DNA of 63,116 nucleotides, filler included, from Chiloscyllium plagiosum (GCF_004010195.1; 4 parts of one record of this genome joined end to end with filler, not necessarily neighbours in it), one strand, 5' to 3'. Shown: positions 35,673 to 49,201, numbered from the whole stretch's first letter. The notes: generated from the letters alone by a model not told the origin. Translations and numbers: made by a program.

Positions 35673-37274
35673 GTCAGCTCGTACGTGCTAATCTCAATTC
35701 CGATTGGTAGTTTTGGAAGTGCCGACAGTTTCATGTATCTTTTTTTTCGTATTTGTGTGTTAATGTTTATGCTTTTGCATTGCCGTTGTACAATGGAAAA
35801 TTACAATGTCCATCGCTTCCTGATGCAAAGTTTGCTTAAGGCTTTATCGTAGGCCAAGTTGTTGCATTAAAATAATCCAGGAATGTATTATTTCATACAT
35901 GATTTGCATGTGCAGACAAACCTTCAGGTGTTGACCATCGATTACGTGCGGGACGTCGATTTCACTGTCTTGTCTGAATAAATGTATACAACAGTTTGAA
36001 AATATTTTTGTGTTGAGAACCCCAACAAATTTTGACATGTTATTAGAATTCCCTGTACTAGTTTCTGAAAGGTGGAGTTGTCAACCGGCACTTCTTCCAT
36101 CCCACTCGACAAAAAACAATTCAAATACCTTCGATTTATTAAAATACAGCAGGTGTATTAGTTCAGATAAGTAGTGACAGACCTCGGGGTCCATATGCGA
36201 TCCCCATGCAGAACTCTGTCTATGTACTGCAGTTGTGCTGAGTGTAAATGTGAAATTCATGTGACAGTGTATATATTGCAGTTTCCCATTCTATATTAAA
36301 AGTTCATGTTTGCACTTTTTGTTCATTTTTCTGATGACACCATAGGATTCTGTGATTGACTGGATTTAACCAGAAACTTCAATGATGTCTGAAATACGTA
36401 GGATCCTTTTAAAATATGGTATACACAATATACAAACAGGGACACTTGCCGTGCAATGATATCCTCCCTTCCTTTGAGGCAGGAAGCCTTACTTCAAGTC
36501 CCAGGTCCTATCTCCTCCAGAGGTGTGCAACAACTTCTTTGAGCAGGTTGATTAGAAGATATTTACAAATGCTCTTTCTTCACTTTGAATAAGCAGTTAA
36601 TTTTTTTTTCAAATTTTGCCTGCTATGCAAGGTAAATAAATTGATATTTATAAGTAAATGTAATGTTTCCTGTATGTCAATTACTATTTAATTGAAAATT
36701 ATTTTAGCTTGATATTAGCCAACTGTACAATCAATTTAAAGACTTTTTATGAACAGTTCTCTCTGCTGCAAAATTTGATTCACAAATGTTGTAATTTTCA
36801 ATGTTAGTATGATATCAGTTTCGGATTTCTATCCTTGGGTAAAATCTGTTCTAAGTGTGCTAGACCTTGAACTATGCTTGCTAAAGTACCTCAATGGAAT
36901 CGTTGTTTGTGGTTTACTAAAGTCTAATCTGCATATAAACTGCACAGTAGAAGATATATTTAACAAAGTAACTTCTCTGTAGACTTACAAAAGAGCTTTT
37001 GTATTCTATTTCTTTTCTGTTCAGTTTTTAGAGTTATGATATTGTTGAATGTTCTCTACCACTCAAATTGAGCTTATAGTATCAATGTGTTTTGTGAATC
37101 TTGAGGTGAAGGAAAAATATACAATAGTTGCAATCTGTCACATTTTGCCAAATCTTAGACTGTAGTTGGCAAAATTCATTTATTGTTTATTTATGAAGTG
37201 CATATCCCCAAAGCCAATCAACATCTTCTTTATTTTGCTGAGTTTAAGTCTATTAGTCCATTAATTAATTAGTT

Positions 37275-38168
37275 AGTTCAGTTGAATTGAATTGAATTTA
37301 ATGTCACGTATATTGAGGCACGGTGAAAAGCTTTGTGTTGTGAGCAACACAGGCTGATCACAGAGTTAAGTAGAATAGATAAGTAAATATTAGGTAAACA
37401 GCGGCAAAAACAAAAACACAGGTACAGGCGAATGTGAGTTTTGTGAGTCCATTCAGTATCCTACAACAGTAGGATAGAAACTGTTTCGGAACCAGCTGGT
37501 GTGTGCTCAGGTTTCTGTACCTTCTCCTGGATGGGAGAGGTTGTAGAAAAAATTGCCAGGGTGGGATGGATCTTTGAGAATGCTGGCAGCCTTTCCTTGA
37601 CAGTGGGCCTGGTAAACGGATTCTATAGATGTAAGGTTGGCCTTCATGAATGTTCGGGCCAAGTTCACCGTCTCTAACCGTCTTCGATCTTGAATAATAT
37701 AGTTGCCATTCCAAGTAGTGATATACCCAAACAGAATGCTCTTGATGGCGCACCTATGAAAGTTGACAAGAGTATTTGCCGTTATGCCAAATTTCCTCAG
37801 CTGCCTGAGGAAGAAGAGATTTTGTTGAGATTTGTAACCAGTGCATCCACATGAAGAGTCCAAGAAAGCTTGTTGTGGATGACCACTCCCAGGAGCTTGA
37901 CACTCATTCCACCTCTGTGCTGTTAATGTGTAAAGATGCAAGAGTAACATCCCGCGGAAAGTCAATAATGAGTTCCTTGGTTTTGCCGGCATTCAGAGCT
38001 AGGTTGTTCTCAGTGCACCATTCTTCTAGGTCTTCTACCTCCCGTCTGTAGTCTGTTTCGTTGCCATTTGAGATTCGACTGACTGTGGTGGTGTCATCAG
38101 CGAATTTGTAAATGGCACTAGTCTGATATTTGACGACACAGTCATGGTATACGGTGAGTACAGTAGGC
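37275..38168 (-). mobile_element. Rex1/Babar-type LINE, 3' portion
   Basis: YKFADDTT, LFFLRQLRKF, AIKSIL..ITTW.GN, ILKDPSHPG, LPSRRRYR; (AATTC)n tail near 37280-37300. Confidence 0.85.
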
Positions 38169-38860
38169 CTGATTTATGATGTAGAGTGATGACGGGTTCA
38201 GTTCCAACACTAGCTGAGATTACCATGAAGGACTCTCCTTCTCCACCTCTCACCTTGCTTGAGGTGTGGTGACCCTCAGGTTAAATCACCACCAATTCTC
38301 TCTCTATCTGCCTAATGAGAGAGTGGATCCAGGAAGACAATGGCTACTTTACCTTTTTGAAGTCTGAAGCAGGTTACCTCTTGATAATGTGAGCATTGTT
38401 TGTATTTCTCCACAAGTCCATAAGGGACTTTATTGCAAAAGCAATAGTTGAATATTATCTAAAATTTCAAGATTATTTTCGTGAAATAGGGATGTTTAGG
38501 GTTTATATTTACACAGTTTTATATTCTAAATGTGGGTCATCACACCACTGAACTCTGTGAAGTAAGTGCTTCACACTATAAAAATTCACAGCAATGCACT
38601 TTGGTAAATAGGGCCTCCATTTTCTTGGCACTTATTTCTTGAATTTATGAATTTATTAGTAGTAACTGGAGAAATGTAGTGAAACTACCTGGTGAGTGGT
38701 TCATTAACTTTACTCTCAATTATTAAACTTGAAAGTGCAGCTACTTAAAACTTGAAGATTTACTCTTGATGTACTGAGAATTATTAACATTATTTTGCTG
38801 AGATAACAAGAAGTGGTAACGAGAGGCCATAACATCTGAGGAATTAAAGAAGAGGCTAAA

Positions 38861-39168
38861 AGGAGATTCGACGTTTCGGGCACAGGCCCTTCTTCAGGAA
38901 TGGGCAGAGAGTGTTCAGCAGGAGAAGATAAAAGGTAGGGAGGAGGGACTTGGAGGAGGGGAGTTGGAAATGTGATATCCCCTCCTCCAAGTCCCTCCTC
39001 CCTACCTTTTATCTTCTCCTGCTGAACACTCTCTGCTCATTCCTGAAGAAGGGCCTGTGCCCGAAACGTCGAATCTCCTGTTCCCTGGATGCTGCCTGAC
39101 CTGCTGTGCTGTTCCAGCAATAAAGTTTCAACTTTCCTCTCCAGCATCTGCAGACCTCACTTTCTCCT
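38861..39168. mobile_element. Penelope-derived fold-back element (family 1) forming a 102-bp near-perfect hairpin
   Basis: Arms at 38861-38962 and 38978-39079 with 1 mismatch and a 15-nt loop; hammerhead core in each arm; family 3' end actttctcct; no TSD seen. Confidence 0.9.
39039..39074 (+). ncRNA. Minimal (PLE-type) hammerhead ribozyme motif; mirror copy on the minus strand at about 38866-38901
   Basis: attc-CTGAAGA-a-GGGC-ctgt-GCCC-GAA-ACGT-C-gaat: core boxes, stem II, palindromic stem III ACGT, GUC cleavage site, 4-bp stem I attc/gaat. Confidence 0.75.
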
Positions 39169-40574
39169 CGACAGACTTGATGGACCAATAGAACCATAAA
39201 ACTTTACAGTACTGTAATCTATGCAGTGAAAATCTTTTCCCGTGATTTTTATTTTCAGAAACGTTTGACTGGAAAATCAAAACACTTTTTCTTAAAAATT
39301 CTATAGAATTTTAGTTTTGTTTCGTTATTTAAAAAAAATATTTTTGTTGACAATATTGAGATCATCTTGTATTAATAAGCTTTCCAGATAAGTATTTTCC
39401 AATATAAAAGAAATATAAGTTTAAAATGTATTTTCCATTTTAATTTTCAATGCTAAGATTACAAACATATTTATCATCTTTTCATCATTAATAAGTTCAG
39501 TGAAGTGGATTTTTAATTTTGTTAAATCATAAAACAGATTTTGGATCAGACTGCTTCACTTATTGCATATCTGAAATGACTTCACTTGTGCATACCCTGT
39601 ACTTCATCCATTTATGTTGTCCTTGTCTTTGTCACCTCATCGTCGGTATTTCCAAAAACACATTTAACACTTCACTGCAGACAGCTGTCTATACAACTGA
39701 TGTATATGCATCTCCTGTAGCTACAGCAATCTGCAGTAGAATATTGAATACAGCATGTTCTATAGAAATGTGGTGGCGATTACATCACTGAAGAATTATG
39801 GGATGACTCACTAGTGATTCCTGGCAGTTCAATTTTATGCCTACGTATGCCACTTGCAGTGCATCATTCCTACACCATGTCACTTAGCAGTGCAAGTATG
39901 CTCATCCTCAGAAACTGCTGTTTCAATTACATAGTATGATTTGACTTTCAAGCTAATATACAGGTGTAATATCAATTATGTTCCATCGATCACAAAAATA
40001 TTTCAGTATTGTCATCGGCAGAGAGATATTCCTGCAAATTATAATTGAATTTAAATGAAGTCTTAGACCATGAAAAATGTAATCAGTGAAACAGCAGCAG
40101 TGCTGCACAGGATAGATAACAATTTTGCTAGTATTTAAATAATGTGGGTAGTTGTTAAAAGTTCTGCTATAAAGTTAGAAGAAAGATTAAAATTTCAAAT
40201 GCATTTAATTATCTTGAACTTGATAAATTATTGTCAATAGGGCTTTTGTGGACCAGTGGTGGTATCCCCACCTGTGAGCTAGGAGGCCTGGGTTTAAGTC
40301 CCACCTGATCTGAGAATAACATTTCTAAACAGATTAATTAAAACTATCTAAAATTTTTGTCAGTGACGTATAAGATAGTCACCAACCCAATGGTGTTTTA
40401 AGGTTAGTATTTCAGTATGAACTTTTTTCAAAAACCTTTTGGTTTTATGTAAACTTGGTGTCATAAAGCTTTCAGTATAATTTTTAGGGTTGGTTAAATT
40501 AAGTCTCCAATGGTATAAGAGCTAGTGACTGAAAATTACATTGAGTGGCAGTTTAATGGTGGAGCGTAATTGAG

Positions 40575-41700
40575 GAGTGGGTGATCTACGTTTGCCTCCT
40601 CTGGAGGTACCTAGCATCACAGATCCCAGTTTTCAGCCAATTCAGTTCACTCTAAGTAAAATCATGAAATGGTTGGAGGATATTGCAAAGGCTACGGGTC
40701 CTGACAACATTCTGAACATTGACATTCCCAATCGGAATACATTCTGCACCCTTGCCATCATCAGAGCTTCCTCCAAATTTTGTTTAATATGGAGGAGCAT
40801 CAATTCATCAGTGGAGGATGGTTAATAAGTGGTAATCAACAGGAGGTTTCCTTGCCATGTTTGACCTGATACCATGAGACTTTTTGGGGTCCGAAGTCAA
40901 TGTTGAAGACTCCTAGGGAAGCTCCCTCCCAACTTCATATCAGTGTGCTGTCACTCCTGCTAGTTATGTCCTGCTAGTGGGACAGGACATATCCCCATGA
41001 TGGTATTGCCTGGAACATTGCGTGTAAGGTATGATTCTGCAAGTGTGACTATGTCAGGCTGCTGCTTGATTAGTCTGTGAGACAGTTCACCAAATTTTAC
41101 CCAGATGATAGTAAGGAGAACTTTTCAGGGTCAACAAGTATCATTTCTGGTGTCCAATTTGTTGCCAAGCAGTCCGCCTGGTTTCATTCTTTATTTTCCT
41201 TTGACTTGCTAGGTCATTTCAGAGGATATTTAAAAACTAACCACATTGGACTAGATCTGGAGTCACATGTCAGCCAGAACTTGTAAGGATGACGGTTTCC
41301 TGAAGGACATTCTTAAACCAGATGGGTTTTACCATTCATCAACAATAATTTTGTGGTCATCACTAGACTTTCCAGATTTTTGTTGAATTCAATTTCCATC
41401 ATATATCAAAATAGGATTTGAGCCAGGGTTCCAAGCACATTGTCTGGATTATTAGTTCATTGACATTCAGATAATGTTATTAGGGCAATGACTACCCTCC
41501 ATAATATGCACTGCAGATATTCACCAAGGCTCTTTAGACAGCACTTTCCAAATCCATGACCACTACCATCTCAAAGGTCAAGTACCACCACCTGTAAAAT
41601 ACCCTCCAAGCCATTCCCCATCCTAACTTGGAAATATCTTGCTGTTCCCTCAGTGTTGTTGGATCACAATCCTGGAATTCTCTTCCCAATGGCTTTGTAG
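40575..41700. mobile_element. Mosaic of second-LINE-family fragments (both strands) and its SINE
   Basis: KATGPDNI motif at about 40690; SINE at 41200-41470; LINE 3' piece at 41500-41700. Confidence 0.6.
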
Positions 41701-42370
41701 TGTACTTGTGTGACAAGAAAGCTCAGAGCCATCTTGGGGTACTTGTCCACAAATTCCTGAAGATGGCAGGGCAAGTGAATAGGCTAGGTAAGAATGCATA
41801 TTGGATACTTGTCTTTATCAGTCAAGGCATGGATTATAAGTGCAAGAGGTTGCAGTGGAGCTGTACAGAGCTTTGGTGAGGCCACAGCTGGAGTACTGTG
41901 TGCAGTTCTGGTCACCACATTATAGGAAGGAAGTGATTTCTTTGGAGAATGCTGCCTGAGATAGAGTACTTCAGCTATAAAAAGAAGCTGCGTTAGCCCT
42001 GGTTGTTCTCTTTGGAGCAGAGAAGGTTGAGAAGGTACCTGATAGAGGTGAGTAAGATTATGACTGACATGGGCAAGGTGGATAGAAAGAAACTGTTCCC
42101 CTTAGCTGAAGGGTCAGTAATAACAGGACACAGTTTTAAGGTCAAAGAGGTTTGGATGGGAATTGAGGAAAACATTTTCGCCCAATCTGGAATAAACTGC
42201 ATAGAAGGGTAGTTGAGTCAGGTAACCTTACAATCTTCAGAAAATACTTGGACAAGCAGCAAGGTTATGGGTTTAGTGCTGAAAAGTGGGATGGGAATAG
42301 ATTTAGTGTTGTTCTGGCAGTACAGACTTGATTGACCAAAGCACCTCTTCTGTATTGTATGATTCTCTGA
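41700..42370 (+). mobile_element. CR1 3' end fragment
   Basis: [17 protein letters not shown] and FSLEQRRLR motifs; tgtatgattct tail. Confidence 0.8.
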
Positions 42371-42469
42371 AGGAAAAATTCTGCTTGCCCCCTCGTTATT
42401 CCAATGTAACCTGATTGATATTGCCATTAATATATATATATGTGAGTGCATTCATTGCTGCCACATATT

Positions 42470-43515
42470 ATATGAAGAGATGCTAATCTTGAATGTTGAC
42501 CAGGAAGCAATTCCACAATTCTGCAAGGTTTGCCCAGTGCCATTTGCTTTATGGGCAAAAGTAGAAACAGAAACCAGAAGGCGGGATTAAAAAGGAATCC
42601 TCAAACCAGTCCAGTTTGCAGAATGGACAGCACCAGTCACAACAATTGTGAAGTCCAAGGGTCATTTCACCTTTGTGGGGGATTTTAAACAAACGATGAA
42701 CTGCATTGTGTAGTTGGATAAATGCGTGATACCTTGCGTAGAGGATTTATATGCAAAGCTGGCAAGGGGCTATCCTTCACAAAGCTTCATGAGCCATATG
42801 TACTTACAATTGCAGTTAGACGAGGATTCCCAGAAGTATGCTACAAATAATACCCATAGGGTTTGTACCAATATCAAGACTGCCATTTGGGGTTACGTCA
42901 GCCGGAGAACATTTCACAAGGTCTCCCCCAGGTTGTTATTTATCCAGATGACATGCTCATAACAGGGAAGACCATTAAGGATCACTTAGAGAACTTAGAC
43001 ATAGTCCTTATATGTTTCTCCCAGGTGAGTAAGCCTTAGAAGGGAAGCATGTGTGTTCCAGGCACCCCAAGTGACCTACGTGGGCTACAGAGTCGACAAG
43101 ATCAGGTTACACCCATTGGAAGATAAAGTGAGGGCGATCAAAGGTGCCCCGGTTCTCATGTCTGTACTGGAGCTTAGGTCTTCCTTTAGGCTGGTGAATT
43201 ATTATGGGAAGTTCATAGATAACCTAACCTCCATCCTGGCAGCTTTGCATCAACTCTTAGAAAATGGTCAGCCTTGGAATTGGTTGCGTAGTCAAGCCAT
43301 AACCTTTTGAGGGAAGTGAAGAAACAGCTGTCATCCTCAGTTATTGGTACACAATGATCCCAAGCAAGGTCTGATATTGACATGCAACTCCTGCCCTTAT
43401 GGCATCGGGGTGGTATTCGTTCACAGTGGCCCAATGGAGAGGAACGCCCAATAGAATATGCATCCAGGACTTTGGCTAATGCAGAGTGTAAATATGCCCA
43501 GATGGGGAAGGAAGT
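42470..43515 (+). mobile_element. Ty3/Gypsy LTR-retrotransposon pol relic (RT and RNase H)
   Basis: ILKPVQFAEWTAP, LCGDFKQT, EDLYAKLA, YLQLQLDE, YVGYRVD, LVNYYGKF, RPIEYASRTLANAECKYAQ. Confidence 0.88.
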
Positions 43516-43519
43516 TCAG

Positions 43520-45295
43520 GGGGTTAAGCAATGGGGTTCAGGCCTCTGGCACGGAGCCTGTCCCCGTTGCTCAGAAGGGAAGGGTGGAGAAGAGCAGAGC
43601 AATAGTTATTGGGGACTCGATAGTTCGGGGCACAGATAGGCGGTTCTGTGGGGGCGAGAGAGACTCACGTTTGGTATGTTGCCTCCCAGGTGCAAGGGTA
43701 CGTGACATCTCTGACCGTGTTTTCTGGGTCCTTAAGGGGGAGGGAGAGCAGCCCGAAGTCGTGGTCCACATTGGCACCAACGACATAGGTAGGGGGGAGG
43801 GCTGAGGATGTTAGGCAGGCTTTCAGGGAGGCTTGGAAGCTCAGAGTTAGAACAATCAGAGTTGTTGTCTCTGGTTTGTTACCGGTGCCACGTGATAGAG
43901 AGTCGAGGAATAGGGAGAGAGAACAGTTAAATGCATGGCTACAGGGATGGTGCAGGAGGGAGGGATTCAGGTATCTGGATAACTGGGGTTCTTTCTGGGG
44001 AAGGTGGGACCTCTATAAACAGGATGGTCTACACCTGAACCTGAGGGGCACCAGTATCCTTGGGGTGAGGTTGCTAGTGCTCTTGGGGGGGGTTTAAACT
44101 AACTCTGCAGGGGCATGGGAACCCAGACTATAGCTTTAGGGTGCAGGACCTGGAGTGTAGGGAGGTTAGGAACATGGCATCAATCTCAAAGGAGGGTGCC
44201 TGTAAACAGGAAAGTGGCTTGAAGTGTGTATACTTCAATGCAAGAAGTATACGAAATAAGGTAGGTGAACTTGCAACGTGGGTTGGTACCTGGGACTTCG
44301 ATGTTGTAGCTATTACGGAGACATGGGTAGAACAGGGACAGGATTGGCTGTTGCAGGTCCCAGGGTTTAAATGTTTTAGTAGGGTCAGAGGGGGGNNNNN
44401 NNNNNNNNNNNNNNNNNNNNNNNNNNNNNNNNNNNNNNNTTAATTAATTAANNNNNNNNNNNNNNNNNNNNNNNNNNNNNNNNNNNNNNNNNNNNGAGGT
44501 GCTGCATTTTGGGAAAGCAAATCTTAGCAGGACTTATACACTTAATGATAAGGTCCTGGGGAGTGTTGCTGAACAAAGAGACCTTGGAGTGCAGGTTCAT
44601 AGCTCTTTGAAAGTGGAGTTGCAAGTAGATAGGATAGTGAAGAAGGCATTTGGTATGCTTTCCTTTATCAGTCAGAGTATTGAGTACAGGAGTTGGGAGG
44701 TCATGTTGCGGCTGTACAGGACATTGGTTGGAATATTGGTGCAATTGGTTGGACACTGTTGGAATATTGCATGCAATTCCGGTCTCCTTCCTATCGGAAG
44801 ATATTGTGAAACTTGAAAGGGTTCAGAAAAGATTTACAAGGATGTTGCCAGGGTTGTAGGATCTGAGCTATAGGGAGAGGCTGATGCTGTTTTCCCTGGA
44901 GTGTCGGAGGCTGAGGGGTGACCTTATAGAGGTTTACAAAATTATGAGGGGCATGGATAGGATAAATAGACAAAGTATTTTCCCTGGGGTCAGGGAGTCC
45001 AGAGCTAGAGGGCATAGGTTTAGGGTGAGAGAGAAAAGATATAAAAGAGACCTAAGGGGCAACTTTTTTATGCAGAGGGTTGTATGTGTATGAAATGAGC
45101 TGCCAGAGGATGTGGTGGAGGCTGGTACAATTGCAACATTTAAAAGGCATTTGGATGGGTATATGAATAGGAAATGTTTGGAGGGATATGGGCCGGGTGC
45201 TGGCAAGTGGGACTAGATTGGATTGGGATATCTGGTCGACATGGGCAGGTTGGACTGAAGGGTCTGTTGCCATGCTGTAGATCTCTATGACTCTA
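43520..45295 (+). mobile_element. CR1 LINE (ORF1 esterase, EN start, linker, RT C-terminus and tail) abutting the Gypsy relic
   Basis: VIGDSIVRG, CCLPGARVRD, VVVHIGTND, DGLHLN, YFNARSI, AITETW; 3' part nearly matches 9769-10651. Confidence 0.9.
44396..44495. other. Artificial contig linker
   Basis: 44 N + TTAATTAATTAA + 44 N. Confidence 0.97.
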
Positions 45296-45769
45296 TTTGG
45301 GCTAAATGGTGGGGGAACTCATTTGCTGCCTGGGGCCAGTCAAGTTAAAACCACACCAGAATTGATGCTGATGCTTCACAACTCCGTTTAAGCTCAAAGT
45401 TACATGCCAGCAGGGAATAGAAGCAGAAAGCATAAACAGTTATGATGTCAGACTCCCAAGACTGCCCTAGAGCAGGCAGATCTCTTATATCGTTACACGA
45501 GAATGTGGACAGTACCTGGACAGCAAACAATCGGGCGAAGCAGCTTGAGTCAAAGGGACTGACTCGATTTCTAAAAACTATTAATTTTTCAGGAACAATG
45601 TGACTATCAAAGGTGTTTACCAACATTCACAGTAGATGCACCATTCCAAATATCTAGCATCAATCCAAGATTATGGCCACAACTAAGTCAGGAAACCGCT
45701 TGATGACCCAGGCAGCTAATGTTACAATGCCCTGCTTTAATTTGCATATATTTTAGAATGCCTCCTGCT

Positions 45770-46900
45770 AACTAGATTAAGTCTTATCCCAGATGCCTCT
45801 GTAATGGGCATGTTATTGTGCAGATTGTAACTGCTGCAGCCAGGTCCCGAAGTAATCCAAGGAAGACAGCAAATGGATGAACTGTACTTTGATTCTCAGA
45901 ATACAGTTGACAAGTTGCCACATCAAAGATTATTGTGGAAAATAAAACCTCATGGTTATAGGGTAACATTACAGCATAGATAGATAATCAGTTGGCTCAC
46001 AGGAAAACAGAGTAGGCATAAATGGTTTGTATGCTGGTGACAAGATATATTGAGTTGTATGAGTGCTGGAGTCTCAATGTTATATCATTTATATTAATGA
46101 TGCGCTTGCAGGAGTGAAAGGTACACTTGCTAAATGTGCTAATGGCACAATGAGAGGTTGAAAAATAAATTGTGAAGAGGGCATAGAGATAGATAAGTAA
46201 GTAGTTAAAGATCTGCCAAATGGAGTAGAATATGGGAAAATGTGGAGTTGTGTATTTTGGCAGGAAGAATAAGAAAAAGGCATATCTCCAAACTATGAGA
46301 AATTGCAAAAATCTGAGATGCAGAGAATGCATGAATTATGCATCTAGCACATGAGATACAGTAAGCAATTAGGAAAGCAAAATGAAATGTTATTGGTTAT
46401 TGTAAGCAGATGTATATCAAAAATGAGATGGTTATGAAGAACATTAAGACCACATCTGAAGTACTGTCTGGAATTGGCTGTCTTATCTAAGGAATTATGT
46501 CAATGCATTGGAAACAGACAAGAGAAAGTTTACCATCCTAATACATTAGTTGAGTGTGTTGTCTTGTATGGAAGCGTTGGTCAGGCTAGGCTTGTACTTG
46601 TTGAAGTTTGGAAGAATAAGAGGCAACTTGATTGAAGCATGCATCCTTAATGGTCTTGGCAGGGCATGGAAAGAAGAGCTGGGCATCACAGTTGAAAAAT
46701 AACATCTCCCATTTAGGATAAAATTGATTTTTTTCCCCCTCTGATTGTGAATCATTGGAATGCTCTTCCTCTAAAGATGGTGACAGCAGAGCCTTTGAAT
46801 GTTTTTAAGGCAGATGTAGATAGCAACAGGGTAAATGAGAATGTGGAATGATCAGATCAGCCATGACCGTATGGAGTAGGCTCAAGGGGCCCAAGTGCTC
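45770..46900 (+). mobile_element. Highly decayed CR1 RT/3' end
   Basis: Residual IYIND and KCGVVYFGRKN segments and HLKYC-like motif. Confidence 0.6.
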
Positions 46901-47169
46901 ATAATTTGTATGTTTTACTAGTGTGTACATTACTATTGTTATAGGCTTGCCTGTAGTCATTTAACAGCTCAGTGAGCATTAATTGATTAGAGATAGGACT
47001 TCTGTCCCTGACTTGCAAGCGAATCCCATATCAGAAAACTGCCCGCCAATCTGCTTGACAAGCAGCTCTTCCATCACCAGTCTCCACTCTCTCTCTATGT
47101 ATCTCTCTATGTTTCTATGTATCTCTCTAAACTTAGTGGGTGAAGATACAGCTCTGTTTTTGGGTAGGC

Positions 47170-48400
47170 AAATAATACATGTCACCCACTGTTTAAGAAA
47201 GATGAGAGAAGGAAACTAGAGTTCAGTAGACCAGTTAGTTATTGTCAGGAAATTACTAGAGTCTATAGTACAGAATAGAGTCACTGAACACTTAAAAGGT
47301 TCCAGTTGATCAAAAGGAGTCAGCATGGGTTTATTTATAATGTGTAGGTCATGTCTCATAATCCTGATTGTGTAAATAAAAAATTCAAAAGGACTGTGAG
47401 TGCTGGAAATCAAAAGCAAAACCAGCAATTGCTGGAAAATGTCAGCAAGTCTGGCAGCAGCTGTGGAGAGAAATCAGAGTTAATATTTCAGGTCCAGTTA
47501 CTGGTCTTCAGAACTGAAATACTGATTTTTTTATTGAAGAGGTAACTAAACTACTGAAGAGGGCAATTTTTTTTCAGTATTATTTTATGAACATCCAGAA
47601 GGCTTCAATGCCATCCCTTGTAAGGAACAGTTGGGTATGGTTCAAAGTCCTGGAATTGGAGGAAGATTATTGACTTGGATTGAGTATCATGAGCAATCTA
47701 TCAATATCAAGGATACACAGAGCAGGGATCATGAACAGGTGCTCTAAATGGCAGCATTTGACTAACAGTGTCCCACAGGGATCAGTGATGGGCCCTCAAC
47801 TATTGATTGTACTCAAGAATAATTTTAGTAACAGGATGGAGAGGTACGTAAACAGATTTGCTGATATCAGTGTGATAAGTAGTATTGTATGTGATATATA
47901 TGAAACCATTAAATTGCAAAGTGACCTTGCTGGTAAATGGATTTCAATATTATCATGTGTAATGTTATCTACTTTGCACCTAAATATAATAGAAAAGGGT
48001 ACTTTCCAAATGGTGCGAATCTTGAAGCAGTGCGGGCTCAAAGAGATTTTGGTATCTGTATGTATAAATCATCAAAACGTCATGAATAGGTCCAAAAGAA
48101 AATCAAAAAGAAGCTAATGGAATGCTGACTTTGATGCTTGAATGCAAGATGCAAAAGCTTGATTAGGGAGTAGATATTGGAGAAAATACAGGCTAGATTT
48201 AATAAAATGGTGGCTAGACTCTTAGGATTACATTACCAAGAGCAAATCCACATTTCTCCTTGAAATTTAGAAAATTAGGATGATTTGAGCAATGTTTGTT
48301 ATGTTCATGGGAATTGATAAGGTAGATAGAAACTATTCCCTCTGGTTGAGGAATCTCAGCCTGGGGGTGAAACCTAGCCCTGCAGGAATGAAGGTAGAAA
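47170..48400 (+). mobile_element. Decayed CR1 RT
   Basis: WQHLTNSVPQGSVMGPQL...RFAD. Confidence 0.7.
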
Positions 48401-48565
48401 TTGTTGTTAAAAGATAACAAAAGTTAGGAATTTGAATTTGGTTCGCAATATCAGTTGAACCAATGACTGCCTTGGTGGGAGAAGTGCTGGTCCAAGCACA
48501 TAAAGAAATGGATGAAATATGCAATAAAATCAGAAGAATGAATATCCCAATCATTCTCTTTGCAG

Positions 48566-48785
48566 GTAGGCAAGATGATATTTTGATGGTGAAAGTTTTG
48601 GATTTGCATGAAGAATGTTCAATGTTTATAGCTTTGTGTCAGCCATTGAGGGGAACATCCACAGACCATGCTATTGAAAATGATGCATGCTCCAGTAAAA
48701 CACCACTAAAGGTTTTATTCACAAGCGAAACAGCATTACACCTTGGGATCTGTGCAGGTGATTCTGTTCACATCTATCCACCATG
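48566..48785 (+). CDS. SPIDR: Internal coding exon of SPIDR (scaffold protein involved in DNA repair, KIAA0146), 220 nt, phase 1 to 2
   Basis: Acceptor attctctttgcag and donor TG|GTGAGT; peptide GRQDDILMVKVLDLHEECSMFIALCQPL...LKVLFTSETALHLGICAGDSVHIYPPW matches recalled vertebrate SPIDR (LTVKILELHEECAM...LKVLFTKETA...DTVRIFPPW). Confidence 0.9.
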
Positions 48786-49201
48786 GTGAGTTCTTTTATA
48801 ACTTTTTACAAATGCAACTTGGTTCAATTATTTCTTGAACAGAATATTCCTTTGAAATAAACTAATCGTAATGTATATTTTATAAAATATTGTTAAAGCT
48901 CAAATCAAGATTGTTTTCAAATAAAGCTACCTTGTAACTAAACAATAAATGTTATAATGGAAAGAAATGCCAGAATTGAGAACTGGTGTGCTTCAAGTTA
49001 TTGTCTGTCTTGATAATTGAATAGTCAAGGTTTTATTGAAATATTGCTCTTAAGTTACACTACCCTGGTATCTTACTGTGTTCTGTTTAGTTGGAACAGT
49101 TAACATGCAAATGATTCATTTTTGAATACTGTAGTTTATTAAAATGTCGCAGCATTTTTGCCATAGGTTATATGTGTCCATTCACAGTGCAGTATATTGA
49201 T

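Larger units (their letters stand above)
34860..36250 (+). promoter_or_regulatory. CpG-enriched, repeat-free putative intragenic promoter region
   Basis: Visibly dense CpGs compared with the CpG-depleted flanks; contains an ATG-bearing segment ending at a consensus donor TTG|GTGAGT. Confidence 0.55.

Noticed and set aside
48463..48565. N-terminal part of the 108-aa ORF as coding sequence
   Set aside because: It lies upstream of the splice acceptor; similarity to SPIDR starts only at 48566
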